Both the position numbers and the translations under genes were made by a program. From the human T2T-CHM13v2.0 reference genome, Homo sapiens, in NCBI RefSeq assembly GCF_009914755.1, contig NC_060938.1: 64,000 nucleotides of DNA; one strand, given 5' to 3'. This document shows positions 1 through 15,600 of the stretch, piece after piece; within the stretch, counting starts at the first letter, position 1, and each line of letters begins with the position of its first letter. The notes beneath the pieces were generated by a model that did not search any database, was not told the origin of the DNA, and was given only the letters and a program-made list of their open reading frames with translations.

Positions 1-3000
1 TGAGAAACTTCTTTGTGATGTGTGCTTTCATCTCACAGAGTTGAAAATTTCTTTTGATTGAGCAGTTTGGAAAGAGTCTTTTTGTATAATCTGCAAATGG
101 ATATTTGGAGCACTTTGTGGCCTAATGTGAAAATGGAAATATCTTCACATAAAAACTAGACAGAAGAATTCTGAGAAAATTATTTGTGATTTGTGCATTC
201 ACCTCAGAGAGGTGAACTTTTCTTTTGATGGAGCTGTTTGGAAACAGTCTTTTTATAGTGTCTGCAGAAGGATATTTGTGAGCGGTTTAAGGCCTGTGGT
301 GAAAAAGGAAATATCTTCACATAAAAACTAGACAGAAGTTTCTGAGAAACTTCTTTGTGATGTGCGCATTCATCTCACAGTGTTGAAACTTTATTTTGTT
401 TGAGCAGTTTAGAAACAGTCTTTTTCTGCAATCTGCAAAGGTATATTTCTGAGCCATTTGAGGTCTATGGTGAAAAAGAAATATCTTCACATTGAAACTA
501 GACAGAAGCATTCTGAGGAACTTCTTTGTGATGTCTCCATTCATCTGACAGAGTTGAAAGTTTCTTTTAATTCAGCACTTTGGAAACCATATTTTTGTAG
601 AATCTGCAAAGGGATATTTTTGAGACATTTGAAGCCTATAGTGAAATACTAAATATCTTCACATAAAAACTAGACAGGAGAATTCTGAGAAACTTCATTC
701 TGATGTGTGCATTCACCTCACAGAATTTAACCTTTCTTTTGATTGAGCAGTATGGAAATGTTCGTCTTTTAGAATTTGGAAAGGGATATTTCTTAGCCCT
801 TTGAGGCCTATGGTGAAACTGGAAATATCTTCACATGAAAACTAGACCAAAGCTTTCTGAGAAATTTCTTTGAAATGTGTGCTTTCATCTCACAGAGTTA
901 AAACTTACTTTTGATTGAGCAGTTTAGAAACACTCTTTTTGTGAAATCTGTAAATGGATATTAGGAGCACTTTGAGGCCAATGGTGACAAAGGATATATC
1001 TTCATGTAAAAACTAAACAGAAGTTTTCTGAGAAACTACTTTTTGATGTGTCCATTAATCTAACAGAGTTGAAACTTTCTTTTTATTGAGCAGTTTGGAT
1101 AGAGTCTTTTTGTAGAATCTGCAAAAAATATTTGTGAGCCCTTTATTGCCTATGGTGAAATAGGAATTTTCTTCACATATAAACTAGACAGAAGCAGTCT
1201 GAGAAACTTCTTTGTGATGTATGCATTCATCTCACATAGTTGAAACTGTCTTTGGATTGAGCAGTTTGGAAAGAGTCCTCTTGTAGAATCTGCAAAGGGA
1301 TATTTCTGAGCCCATTGAGTACTATGGTGCAATGTGAAATATCTTCACATAAAAACTAGACAGAAGCTTTCTAAGAATCTTCTTTGTGATGTGTGCTTTC
1401 ATCTCACAGAATTGAAACTTTCTTTTGAGTGAGGAGTTTGGAAACACTCTTTTTCTAAAATCTGCAAGTGAATATTTGGAGAGCTTCTGAGGCCCATGGT
1501 GAAAAACGAAATAACTTCACATAAAAACTAAACAGAAGTTTTCTGAGAAACTTTCTTGTGATGTGTGCATTCATCTCACAGAGTTGAACCTTTCCTTTGA
1601 TTGAGCAGGTTGGAAAGAGGCTTATTGTACAATCTGCAAAGGGATAATTCTGATCCGTTTGAGGCCTATGGTGAAAGAGAAATATCTTCACATAAAAACT
1701 AGACAGAATCATTCCGAGAAATTTCTTTGTGATGTGTCCATTCATCTCACAGAGTTGAACCTTTCTTTTGATTGAGCAGTTTGGAAACAGTCTTTTTGTA
1801 AAACCTTCAAAGGGATATTTGTGAGCCCTTTATGGCCTCAGGTGAAATAGGAAGTATCTTCACATACATACTAGAGAGAAGCTATCTGAGTAACATTTTT
1901 GTGATGTGTGCTTTCATCTCAGAGAGGTAAAAATTTTTTTTGATTGAACAGTTTGGAAACAGTCTTTTTGTAGAATCTGCAAATGGATGTTTGGATTGCT
2001 TTGAGGCCTATGTTGAGAAAGGTAATATCTTCACATAAAAACAAGACAGAAGATTTCTGAGAAACTCCTCTTTTATGTGTGCATTCATCTCACCGGTTTG
2101 AACCTTTATTTTGATTGAGCAGTTTGGAAACATTCTTTTTGTACAATCTGCAAAGGGATATTTCTGAGCCATTTGAGGCCCATTGAGAGAGAAATATCTT
2201 CATATAAAAACTAGACAGAAGCATTATGATAAACTAATTTATTATGTGTGCATTCATCTCACAGAGTTGAACCTTTCTTTTCATTTAGCAGTTCAAAAAC
2301 TGTCTTTTTGTAGAGTCTGCAAAGGGATATTTGTGAGAACTTTGAGGCCTATGGTGATATAGGAAATATCTTCACAAAAAAGTAGACAGAAGCATTATGA
2401 GAAACTTCTTCATGATGTGTGCTTTCTTCTCACAGATTTGAATCTTTCTTTTAATTGAACAGTTTGGAAACTCTCTTTTTGTAGAGTTTGCAAAAGGATA
2501 TTTGGATTGCTTTGAGGCCTATGGTGAAAAAGGAAATATTTTCACTTAAAAACTAAACAGAAACTTTCTGAAAAACTTCTCTGTGATGTGAGTATTCATG
2601 TCACAGTGTTGAACCTTTGTTTTCATTGAGCAGTTTGGAAACCATCTTTTTGTACAATCTGCAAAGGGATATTTCTGAGCAGTTTGAGGCCTATGGTGAA
2701 AAACAAATATCTTAACACAAAAACTAGACAGAGGCATTCTGAGAAACTTCTTATTCATGTGTGCATTCATCTCCCAGAGTTGAACCTTTCTTTTCATTGA
2801 GAAATTCAGAAACAGTCTTTTTGTAGAATTTGGAAAAGGATATATGTGAGCCCACTGAGGCCCACGGTGAAATGGGAAATATCTTCACAGGAAAACCAGA
2901 CAGAAGCATTCTGAGAAACTTCTTTGTGATGTTTGCATTCATCCACAGAGTTGAAACTTTCTTTTGATTGAGCAGTTCAGAAAAACTCTTTTTGAAGTAT

Positions 3001-5675
3001 CTGCAAAAGGATATTTGGAGCACTTTGTGGCTTGTGGTGAAAAACTAAATATCTTCACATAAAATCTAGTGAGAAGCTTTCTGAAGAACTTCTTTGTGAT
3101 GTGTGCTTTCATCTCACAGAGTTGAAAATTTCTTTTGATTGAGCAGTTTGGAAACAGTGTTTTGTAGAATCCGCAAATCGATAATTGGATTGCTTTGAGG
3201 CCTATCGTTAGAAGGGAAATATCTTCACATAAATACTAGACAGAAGATTTCTGAGAAACTTCTTTGTGATGTGTGCTTTCATCTCACAGAGTAGAACTGT
3301 TCTTTTGATTGAGTAGTTAGGAAATTGTCTTTATCTACAATCTGCAAAGGGATATTTCTGAGGGGTTTGAGGCCTATGGTGAAAAAGAAATATCTTCACA
3401 TAAAAACTAGACAGAAGCATTCTGAGAAACTTCTTTGTGATGTGTGCTTTCATCTAACAGGTTTGAAACTTTCTTTTGATTGAACAGTTTGGAAACAGTC
3501 TTTTTGTACAGTCTACAAAGGGATATTTCTGAACGGTTTGGTGCCTATGGTGAAAAAGGAATATCTTCACATAAAAACTAGACAGAAGAATTCTGAGAAA
3601 CTTCTTTTTTATGTTTGCAGTTTTCTCACAGGGTTGAACCTTTCTTTGCATGGAGCAGTTTGAAAACAATCTTTTTGTAGAGTCTGCAATGGGATATTTG
3701 TGAGCTCTTTGAGGCCTATGGTGAAATATGAAATATCTTCACATAATAACCAGACAGAAGCATTATGAAGAACTTCTTTGTGATGTGTGGTTTCATCTCA
3801 CAGAGATGAAGGTTTCCTTTGATTGAACAGTTTTCAAGCAGCCTTTTTGTTGTATCTGCAGAGGGATATTTGGGAGCTGTTTAAGGCCTATGGTGAAAAA
3901 GGAAATATCTTCACATCAAAACTAGACAGAAGCATTCTGAGAAACTTATTTATGTGTGCGCATTCATCTCACAGAGTTGAACTTTTTTTGTGATTGAGTC
4001 GTTTGGAAATAGTCTTTTTGTGGAGTCTGTAAATGGATATTTGGAGCACTTTGAGGCCTATTGTGAAGAAGGATTTATCTTCACATAAAAACTAGACAGA
4101 TACTTTCTGAGAAACTTCTTTGTGCTGTTTGCATTCATCTCACAGAGTTGAACCTTTCTTTGCATTTGACAGTTTGGAAACAGTCTTTTTGTACAATATG
4201 CAAAGGGTTATTTCTGAACCATTTGAGGCCTATGGTGAAAAATAAATATGTCAGATAAAAACTATACAGAAGCATTCTGAGAAACTTCTTTTTCATGTGT
4301 GCATTTACCTCACAGAGTTGAACCTTTCTTTTCATGTAGCTGTTTGGAAATAGTCTTTTTGTAGAATCTGCAAATGGATATTTGGAGCACTTTGAGGCCT
4401 GTTGTGAAAAAGGAAATATCTTCACACAAGAACTGGACAGAACAATTCTGAGGAACTTCTTTGTGATGTGTACATTCATTTCACAGAGATGAAGGTTTCC
4501 TTTGATTGAACAGTTTTCAAGCAGTCTTTTTGTAGTATCTGCAGAGGGATATTTGGGAGCCATTTAAAGCCTATGGTGAAAAAGGAAATATCTTCACATA
4601 AAAACTAGACAGAAAGATACTGAGAAACTTCTTTATGATGTGCGCATTCATCTCACAGAGTTGAACCTGTCTTTTCATTGAACAATTTGGAAACAGTCTT
4701 TTTGTGCAATCTTCAAAGGGATATTTCTTAGCCATTTGAGGCCTATGGTGAAAAAGACATACCTTCACATAAAAACTAGGCAGAAGCCTTCTGAGAAACT
4801 TCTTTGTGATGTGTCCATTCATCTCACATAGGTGAACCTTTGTTTTTGATTGAGCTGTTTGCAAACTGTCTTTTTGTAGAGTCCGCAAAGGGATATTTGT
4901 GAGAACTTTATGGCCTATGGTGAAACAGGAAATATCTTCACATAAAAACTAGACAAACAGTCTGAGAAACTTATTTGTGATGTGTACTTTCATCTCACAG
5001 AGTTGAAACTTTCTTTTGATTGAGCAGTTTGGAAAGAGTCCTTTTGAAGTATCTTAAAAGAGATATTTTTGAGCCCATTGAGGCCTATGCTGAAAGAGGA
5101 AATATCTTCACATATAAGCTAAACAAAAACTTTCTGAGAAAATTCTTTGTGATATGTGCTTTCATCTCACACAGTAGAATTTTTCTTTTCATTGAGCAGT
5201 TTGGAAACAGTCTTTTTGTAACATCTGCATAGGGACATTTCTGAGCAGTTTGAGGCCTATGGTGACAAAGAAATATCTTCACATAAAAACTAGACAGAAG
5301 CATTCTGAGAAACTTCTTTTTTAGGTGTGAATTCATCTCACAGAGTTGAAACTTACTTTTCATTGAACAGTTCTGTAACAGTCTTTTTGTAGAAACTGCA
5401 AAAGGATATTTGTGAGCCCTTTGAGGCCTATGGTGTAACAGGAAATACCTTCACTTAAAAACTAGACAGAAGCATTCGAGTAACTTCTTTGTGATTTGTG
5501 CTTTCATCTCACAGAGTTGAATCTTTCTTTTGATTGAGCAGTTTGGAAAAACTCTTTTTGTACAATCTGCAAAAGATATTTGGTGCACTTTGTGGACTAT
5601 GGTGAAAAAGGAAATATCTTCACATAAAAACTAGAAAGAAACTTTCTGAGAAACTTCTTCGTGATGTGCACTTTC
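1..5675 (+). repeat. Alpha satellite array, diverged ~171-bp monomers, conventional orientation; runs off the left edge
   Basis: TCTGAGAAACTTCTTTGTGATGTGTGC...GAGGCCTATGGTGAAAAAGGAAATATCTTCACATAAAAACTAGACAGAAG recurs every ~171 bp; pJalpha (A) box, no CENP-B box seen. Confidence 0.98.
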
Positions 5676-7255
<1,580 letters not shown>

Positions 7256-9635
7256 GAAACTTCTTTGTGATGTGTGCATTCATCTCACAGAGTTGAACCT
7301 TTCTTTTGATTGGGCAGTTTGGAAACAGTCTTTTTGTAGAATCTGCAAAGTGATATGTTTCAGTGGTTTGAATCCAATGGTGAAAAAGGAAATGTCGAAA
7401 AATAAAATGTATACAGCAGCTTTCTGAAGAACTTCTTTGTGATGTATGCATTCATCTCACAGGGTTGAAACTTCCTTTGATTGATCAGTTTGGAAACAGT
7501 CTTCTCGTAGAACCTGCAAAGTGATATTTGTGAACGCTTTGAGGCTTATGGTGAAAAAGGAAATATCTTCACATAAAAACTAAACTCATGTTTTCTCGGA
7601 AACTTCTTTGTGATGGGGGTATGCATCTCAAAGACTTGAATCTTTCTTTTGATTGAGCACTTTGGAAACAGTCTTTTTGGAGAACCTGCAAAGGCATGTT
7701 TTTGAGTGGTTTGAGGCATGTGATGAAAAAGGAAATATCTTCATATAAAAACTAGACAGAAGCTTTCTGAGAAACCACTTTGCAATGCATGCATTCACCT
7801 CACAGAGTTGAATTTTCTTTCATTGAGCAGATTGGAAACACTCTATTTGTAGAATATGCAAAGCGATATTTGTGAGCTTTCTGAGGCCTATTGTGAAAAA
7901 GGAAATATCCACAAGTAAAATCTAGACAGAAGCCTTCTGAGAAACTTCGTTGTGATGTGTGCATTCATCACACAGGGTTGAACCTTTCTTTTTATTGAGC
8001 AGTTTGGAAACAGTCTTTTCATAGAATTTGCAAAGGAAAATTTGGGAACGCTTTGAGGCTTATGGTGAAAAAGAAGTATCTTCACATAAAAACTAGACAG
8101 AAACGTCTGAGAAACTTCTTTTTGATGTGTGCATTCATCTCACACAGCTGAACTTTCATTTCATTGAGCAGTTTGGAAATAGTCCTTTTGTAGAATCTGC
8201 AAATGGTTATTTATGAGCAGTTTGAGTCCTATGGTGAAAAAGGGAGTATCGACAAATAAAAACTAGACAGAAACTTTCTGAGAAACTTCTCTGTGATGTG
8301 TGCATTCATCTCACAGAGTAGAAGCTTTCTTTGATTGAGCAGTTTGGAAACAGTCTTTTTGTAGAATCTGCAAAGGGTTATATATAGGTGGTTTCAGGTC
8401 TATGGTGAAAACGGAAATATCTTCACATGAAAACTAGACAGAAGCTTTCTGAGAAAATTCTTTGAGATGTGCACATTCATCTCACAGATTTGAAGTGTTC
8501 TTTTCCTTGACCAGTTTGGATAGAGTCTTTTTGTAGAATCTGCTTTGCGATATTTGTGAACCCTTTGAAGCCTATGTTGAAAAATGTAATATCTTCACAC
8601 AAAAACGAGACAGAAGCTTTCTGAGAAACTTCGTTGTGATGTGTGCATTCATCCCAAAAGGTGAACCTGTCTTTGGATTGAGCAGTTTGGAAACAGTCCT
8701 TTGTAGAATGTACAAAGGGATATTTGGGATCCCTTTTTGGTCTATGGTGAAAAAGGAAATGTCTTCAGATAAAAACTAGACAGAAGCATTCTGAGAAACT
8801 TCTTTTTGATGTGTGCATTCTTCTCACAGAGTTAAACCTTTCTTTAGATAGAGCAGGTTGGAAAATGTCTTTTTGTAGAATCTGCAAAGTGATAATTTGA
8901 ATGCTTTGAGACTTATGGTGAAAAAGGAAATATCTTCACATAAAAACTGGACGGAAGCTTTCTGAGAAACTTCTTTGTGATGTGTGCATTCATCTCAAAG
9001 AGTTGAAGCTTTGTTTCAGTTGAGCAGTTTGGTAACAGTCTTTTTGTAAAATCTGTAAAGGGACATTTGTGAGCACTTTGAGGCCTATATTGAAAAAGGA
9101 AACATCTTCAAATAAAAACTAGACAGAAGCTTTCTGAGAAACTTCTTTGTGATGTGTGCATTCACCTCACAGAGTAGAAGCTTTCTTTTGACTGAGTAGT
9201 TTGGAAACAGTCTTTTTGTAGAATCTGCAAAGGGTTATTTATGAGCGGTTTGAGGTCTATGGTGAAAAAGGGAGTATCAACAAATAAAAACTAGACAGAA
9301 ACTTTCTGAGAAACTTCTCTGTGATGTGTGCATTTATCTCACAGAGTGGAAGCTTTCTTTGATTGAGTAGTTTGGAAACAGTCTTTTTGTAGAATCTTCA
9401 AAGAGTTATTCATGAGCGGTTTGAGGCTTATGGTGAAAAAGGGAATATCAACAAATAAAAACTAGACAGAAATTTTCTGAGAAACTTCTCTGTGATGTGT
9501 GTATTCATCTCGCAGAGTGGAAGCTTTCTTTGATTGAGCAGTTTGGAAACAGTATTTTTGTAGAATCTGCAAAGGGATATATGTAGGCGGTTTGAGGTCT
9601 ATGGTGAAAACGGAAATATCTTCACATAAAAACTA
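7256..9635 (+). repeat. Alpha satellite array, conventional orientation, ends at the strand switch
   Basis: Same monomer motifs as 1-5675; last + motif TCTTCACATAAAAACTA ends at 9635. Confidence 0.97.
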
Positions 9636-12600
9636 ACTGCTCAATGGGAAGAAATTTTTACTTCTCTGTGATAAATGCACATATCAGAAAAGAGTTACTC
9701 AGAAAACTTCTTTCTACTTTTAATGTGAAGATATTTCCTTTTTCACCATAAGCCTCAATGCACTCGCAGATAGCCCTTTGCAGTTTCTACAAAAAGACTG
9801 TTTCGAAACTGCTCAATAAACAGAATGGTTCAACCCTGTGAGACGAATGTGCACATCACAAAGAAGTTTCTCAGAAAACTTCCTTCTCAGTTTTATGTGA
9901 AGATATTTTCTTTTTGAACATAGGCCTCAATGCACTCCCAAATATACCTTTGCAGAATCTACAAAAAGACTGTTTCCAAACTGCTCAATCAAAAGAAAGT
10001 TTTAACTCTGTTAGATGAATGCACATATCAGAAAGTAGTTCCTCAGCAAGCTTCTCACTAGTTTTTATGTGAAGATAGTTCTTTTTTCAACATGGGTCTC
10101 AAAGCACTCAAAAATATCCCTTTGCAGACTCTAGAATAACAGAGTTTACAAACTGTTCAATGAAAAGAAATGTTTACCTCTGTGAGATGAGTACACATAT
10201 CTTAAAGCAGCTTCTCAGAATGCTTCTTTCTATTTTTTATGTGAAGATATTTCCTTTTCCACCATAGGCCTCAACTTGCTCCTAAATATCCTTTTGCAGA
10301 TTGTACAATAAGACTGTTTCCAGACTGCTCAATCAAAACAAATGTTAAACTCTATGAGATAAATGCACACATCACAAAAAGTTTCTCAGAAAACTTTTGT
10401 CTAGTTTTTATGTGAAGATATTTCCTTATTCACCATAGGCCTCAAAGCGCTACAAATATCCCTCTGCAGATTCTACAAAAAGACTATTTGCAAACTGCTC
10501 AATCCAAAGAATGTTTCAATTCTGTGTGATGAATGCACACATCCAAAGAATTTTCTCAGAAACTTTCTTTATGGTTTTTCTGTGAAGATATTTCCTTTTT
10601 CAACATAGGCCTCAAAGCCCTCACAAATATCCCTTTGCAGATTCTACAAAAAGACTGTTTCCAAACCGCTCAATAAAAAGAATTATTGAACACTGTCAGA
10701 TGAATGCACACAGCTCGAAGAAGTTTCTCAGAAACGTTCAGTCTAGTTTTTATGTGAATATATTTCCTTTTTCATGATAGACCTCAAAGTACTCCAAATA
10801 TCCGTTTGCAGAGTCTACAAAAAGTCTGTTTCCAAATGGCTCAATCAAAACAAAGGTTCAACTCTGTGTGATGAATGCACACATCACGAAGCAGTTTCTC
10901 AGAATGCTTCTGTCTAGTTTTTCACCATAGGCCTCAAAGTGCTCACAAATATCCCTTTACAGATTCTACAAAAATACTTCTTCCAAATTGCTCAATCAAA
11001 AGAAAGGTTCAACTGTGTGAGATGTATGCACACCACAAAGAGGTTTCTCAGAAAGCTTCTTTGTAGTTTTTATGTGAAGATATTTCCTTTTTCACCATAG
11101 GCCTCAAAGCATTCACAAATATCCCTTTGCAGATTCTACAAAAAGACTCTTTACACATTGCTCAATTAAAAGAAGTTTCAACACTGTAAGGCGAATGCTC
11201 ACATCACTAGGATGTTTCTCAGAAAGCTTCTGTGTAGTTTTTATGTGAAGATATTTCCTTTTTCACCATACACCTCAAAGGGCTCACAAATATCCCTTTG
11301 CAGATCTTACAAGAAAAGAGTTTCCAATCTTCTCAATGAAAAGAAACAGACACATCTGGGAGATGAATGCACATATCACAAAGCAGTTTCTGAGAAATAT
11401 TCTGTCTAGTTTTTATGTGAAGGCATCTCCTTTTCCACCACAGGATGCAAAGCGCTCAAAATTGTCCTTTTGCAGATTCTACAAAAAGATTGTTTCCACA
11501 CTGCTCATCAAAAGAAAGGTTCAACTCTGTGAGATGATTGCACACGTCAAAAAGCAGTTTCTCAGAAAGCTTCTATTAAGTTTTTATGTGAATGTTTCCT
11601 TTTTCCCCATGAGCCTCAAGGTGCTCACAAGTATCCACTTGAAGAATATTTAAAAAGACTGTTTCCAAACTGCTCAATGAAAAGAAAGGTTGAACTGAGT
11701 GAGATGAATGCACACATCACAAAGAAGTTTCTCAGAAACCTTCTTTATAGTTTTTATGTGAAGATATTTCCTTTTTCAACACAGGCCTCAAATTGCTCAG
11801 CAATATCCCTTTGTAGATTCTGCAAAAAGACTGCTTCCCAACTGCTCAATCAAATAAATGGTTGAACTCTGTGAGATGGATTGAGATGGATGCACACATC
11901 TCAAAGAGGTTTCTCAGAAATCTTCTGTCCATTTTTTATGTGAAGATATTTCCTTTTTCACCATAACACTCCAAGTCATGACAAATATCCCTTGCAGATT
12001 CTACAAAAAATACTGTTTCCAGACTGCTCAATCAAAAGAATGGTTCAACTCTGTGAGATGATTGCACACATCACAAAGAAGCCGCTAAGAAAGCTTCTGT
12101 CTAGTTTGTATGTGAAGATATTTCCTTTTTCATCATAGGCCTCAAAGCACTCACAAATATCCCTTTGCAGATTCTACAAGAACAGAGTTTCCAGACTGAT
12201 CATAGAAAATAAACGTTTACCTCTCTGAGATCAATGCACACACCACAAAGCTCTTTCTAAGAAACCTTCTTTATGCCTTTTATATAAATATATTTCCTTC
12301 TTCACCATTGGCCTCAAAGCTCTCATAAATGTCCCTTTGCAGATTGCACAAACAGATGGTTTCCATACTGATCAATCAAAAGTAAGTTTCAACTTTGTGA
12401 GATGAATGCCCACATCACAAAGAGGTTTCTCAGAAAACCTCTCTCTAATTTTTATGTGAAGATATTTCGTTTTTCACCATAGGCCTCAAAGCACTCACAA
12501 ATATCCCTTTGCAGAATCTACAAGAACAGTTTCCAGACAGATCAGAGAAAAGAAACGTTTACTTCTTTGAGATGAATGCATACATCACAAAGCTGTTTCT

Positions 12601-15600
12601 GAGAAACCTTGTTTATACTTTTTATGTGAATACATTTCCTTTCTCACCATAGGCCTCAGAACATTCATAAATATCCCTTTGCCGATTCTACAAAAAGAGT
12701 GTTTCCAAACTGTTCAATCAGTAGAATGGTTGAACTCTACGAGATGAATGCACACATCACAAAGAAGTTTCTCGGAAAGCTTCTGTCTAGTTTTTATGTG
12801 AAGATATTTCCTATTTCATCATAGGCCTCATACCATTCAAAAATATGACTTTACAGAGTCTACAAAAATACTGTTTCCAAATTGCTTAATCCAAAGAAAG
12901 TTTCAAATCGGTGAGATGAATGCACACATCACAAGAAGGTTTCTCAGAAAGCTTCTCTCTAGTTTTCATGTGAAAATATTTCGTTTTCACCATATGTTTC
13001 AAAGCATCACAAATATCCCTTTGCAGATTCTACCAAAACACTGTTTACAAACTGCCCAATCAAAAGAATGTTTCAACTCTGTGAGACGAATTCTCGCATC
13101 TCCAAGATATTTCACAGAAAGCTTCTGTCTAGTTTTTATGTGAAGATAATTCCTTTTTCACCATAGGCCTCAAAGTGCTGACAAATATCCCTTTGCAGAT
13201 TTTACAACAACAGAATTTCCAATCTGTTCAATGAAAAGAAATGGTTACCTCTGTGAGATGAAAGCACACATCACAAGTCAGTTTCTCAGAAATATTCTGT
13301 CTAGTTTTTATGTAAAAATAATTCCTTTTCCAACATAGGACACAAAACACTAACTAATAACCCTTTGGAAATTCTACCAAATACTACTTCCAAAATGCTC
13401 ATCAAAAGAAAGGTTCACCTCTGTGGGATGAATGCACATATCAAAAAGATGATTCTCAGAAAGCTTCTATGTTTTTTTTATGTGTAAGTGTTTCCTTTTT
13501 CACCATGGGCCTCAAAGTGCTCAAAAATATCCCTTTGCAGATCCTAAAAAAAGACTGTTTCCAAACCGCTGAGTCAAAGGAGTGGTTCAACTCTGTGAGA
13601 TGAATGCACACATCATAAAGAAGTTTCTCACAAACCTTCTTTATAGTTTTTATGTGAAGATATTTCCTTTTAACCATAGACCTCAAAGTGCTCACAAATA
13701 TCCCTTTGCAGATTCTACAAAAAGATGGTTTCCCAACTGCTCAATCAAAAGAATTGTTGAACTCTGTGAGATGAATACATACATCACAAAGCAGTTTCTC
13801 AGAAATCTTTAGTCTAGTTTTTACATGAAGATACTTTCTCTTTCACCATAGGCCTCAAAGTGCTCAGAAATTTCCCCTTACAGATTCCACAAAAAGACGT
13901 TTCCAAACTGCTTAATCAAAAGAAAGTTTCAATTCTGTGAGATGAATGCACACATCACCAAGCAGTTTCTCAGTAGGTGATACTTTCTCTTTCACCATAG
14001 TCCTCAAAGTGACCAGAAATATCCCTTTACAGATTCCACAAAAGACGTTTCTAAACTGCTTAATCAAAAGAAAGTTACAATTCTGTGAGATGAATGCACA
14101 CATCACCAAGAAGTTTCTCAGTAGGCCTCTGTCTAGTTTTTATGTGAAGACAATATCTTTTTCACCACAGGGCTCTAGGCACTCAAAAATGTCCCTTAGC
14201 AGATCCTACAAGAACAGAGTTTCACAATTGAACAAGAAAAGAATTGTTTACCTCTGTGAAATGAATGCAGACATCAAAAAAACAGTTTCCCAGAAACCTT
14301 CTTTATATTTTTCTGTGAAGATACTTCTTTTCCTGCATAGGCCTCAAAGTGCTCACAAATATCCGTTTGCAGATTCTTCAAAAAGACTGTTTCCAAACGG
14401 CTGAATTAAAAGAGACGTTCAAATCTGGGAGATGAATGCACATATCACAAAGAAGAATCTCAGAAACGTTCTTTATGCGTTGAATGTGAAGATATTTCCT
14501 TTGTCACAATAGGCCTCAAAGTGCTCAAAAATACCCTCTTTGAGATTGTACAAGAACGGAGTTTCCAGACTGATTGCAGAAAAGAAACACTTACCTCTGT
14601 GAGATGAATGCACACATCACAAGGTTGTTTTTAGAAAACCTGCTTTATAGTTCTTATGTGAAAATAAGACCTTTTCCACCATAGGATTGACAGCGCTCCA
14701 AATATCCAATGGCAGACTCTACAAAAAGAGTGTTTCCAAGCTGCTCAACAAAAACAAAATCCAACTCTGTGAGATGAATGCCCACAACACAAAGAAGTTT
14801 CTCAGAATGCTTCTGTCTAGTTTTTATATGAAGATATTTCCTTTTCCACCATAGGCCTCAAAGCGCTCCAAGTATCCCCTGGCACATTCTGCAAAAAGTA
14901 TGTTTCAAAACTGCAATCAAAAGAAAGGTACAACACCATGAGATGAATGCACACATAATGAAGTAGTTTCTAGGAATGCTTCTGTCTGGTTTTTATGTTA
15001 AGATATTTCCTTTTTCACCATAGGACTCAAAGCTCTTCAAATATCCATTTGCAGATATTACAAAAAGACTGTTTCCAAACTCCTTAATGAAAAGAAAGGT
15101 TCAATTCTGTGAGATGAAAGCAAATCACAAAGTAGTTTCTCATAAAGTTTCTGTCTAGTTTTTATGTGAAATTATTTCCTATTGCCCCATGGGCCTCAGT
15201 TGGCTCAAAAATACCCCTCTGCACATTCTACAAAATGACTGCTTCCAAACTACTGAATCAATAGAAACGTTCAACTCTGTTAGATGAATGCCCACAAAAC
15301 AAAGAAGTTTCTCAGAATGATTCTATCTAGTTTTTATGTGAAGATATTTCCTTTTCCACAATAGGCCTTTAAGCACTCCAAACATCCACTTGCGGATTCT
15401 ACAAACAGAGTGTTTCAAAACTGCTCAATCAAAAGAAATGTTCAACTCTGTGAGATGAATGCAGACATCACAAAGAAGTTTCTCAGAATGCTTCTATCTA
15501 GTTTTTATGGGAAGATATTTCCTTTTTCACCATAGGCCTCAAAGTGCTGTTAATATCCATTTACAGATATCACAAAAAGACTGCTTCCAAACTGTCCAAT

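Noticed and set aside
3202-3219. CENP-B-box-like CTATCGTTAGAAGGGAA
   Set aside because: Lacks the required TTCG and CGGG cores of NTTCGNNNNANNCGGGN; a mutated A-box. No true CENP-B box was seen in the window by eye.
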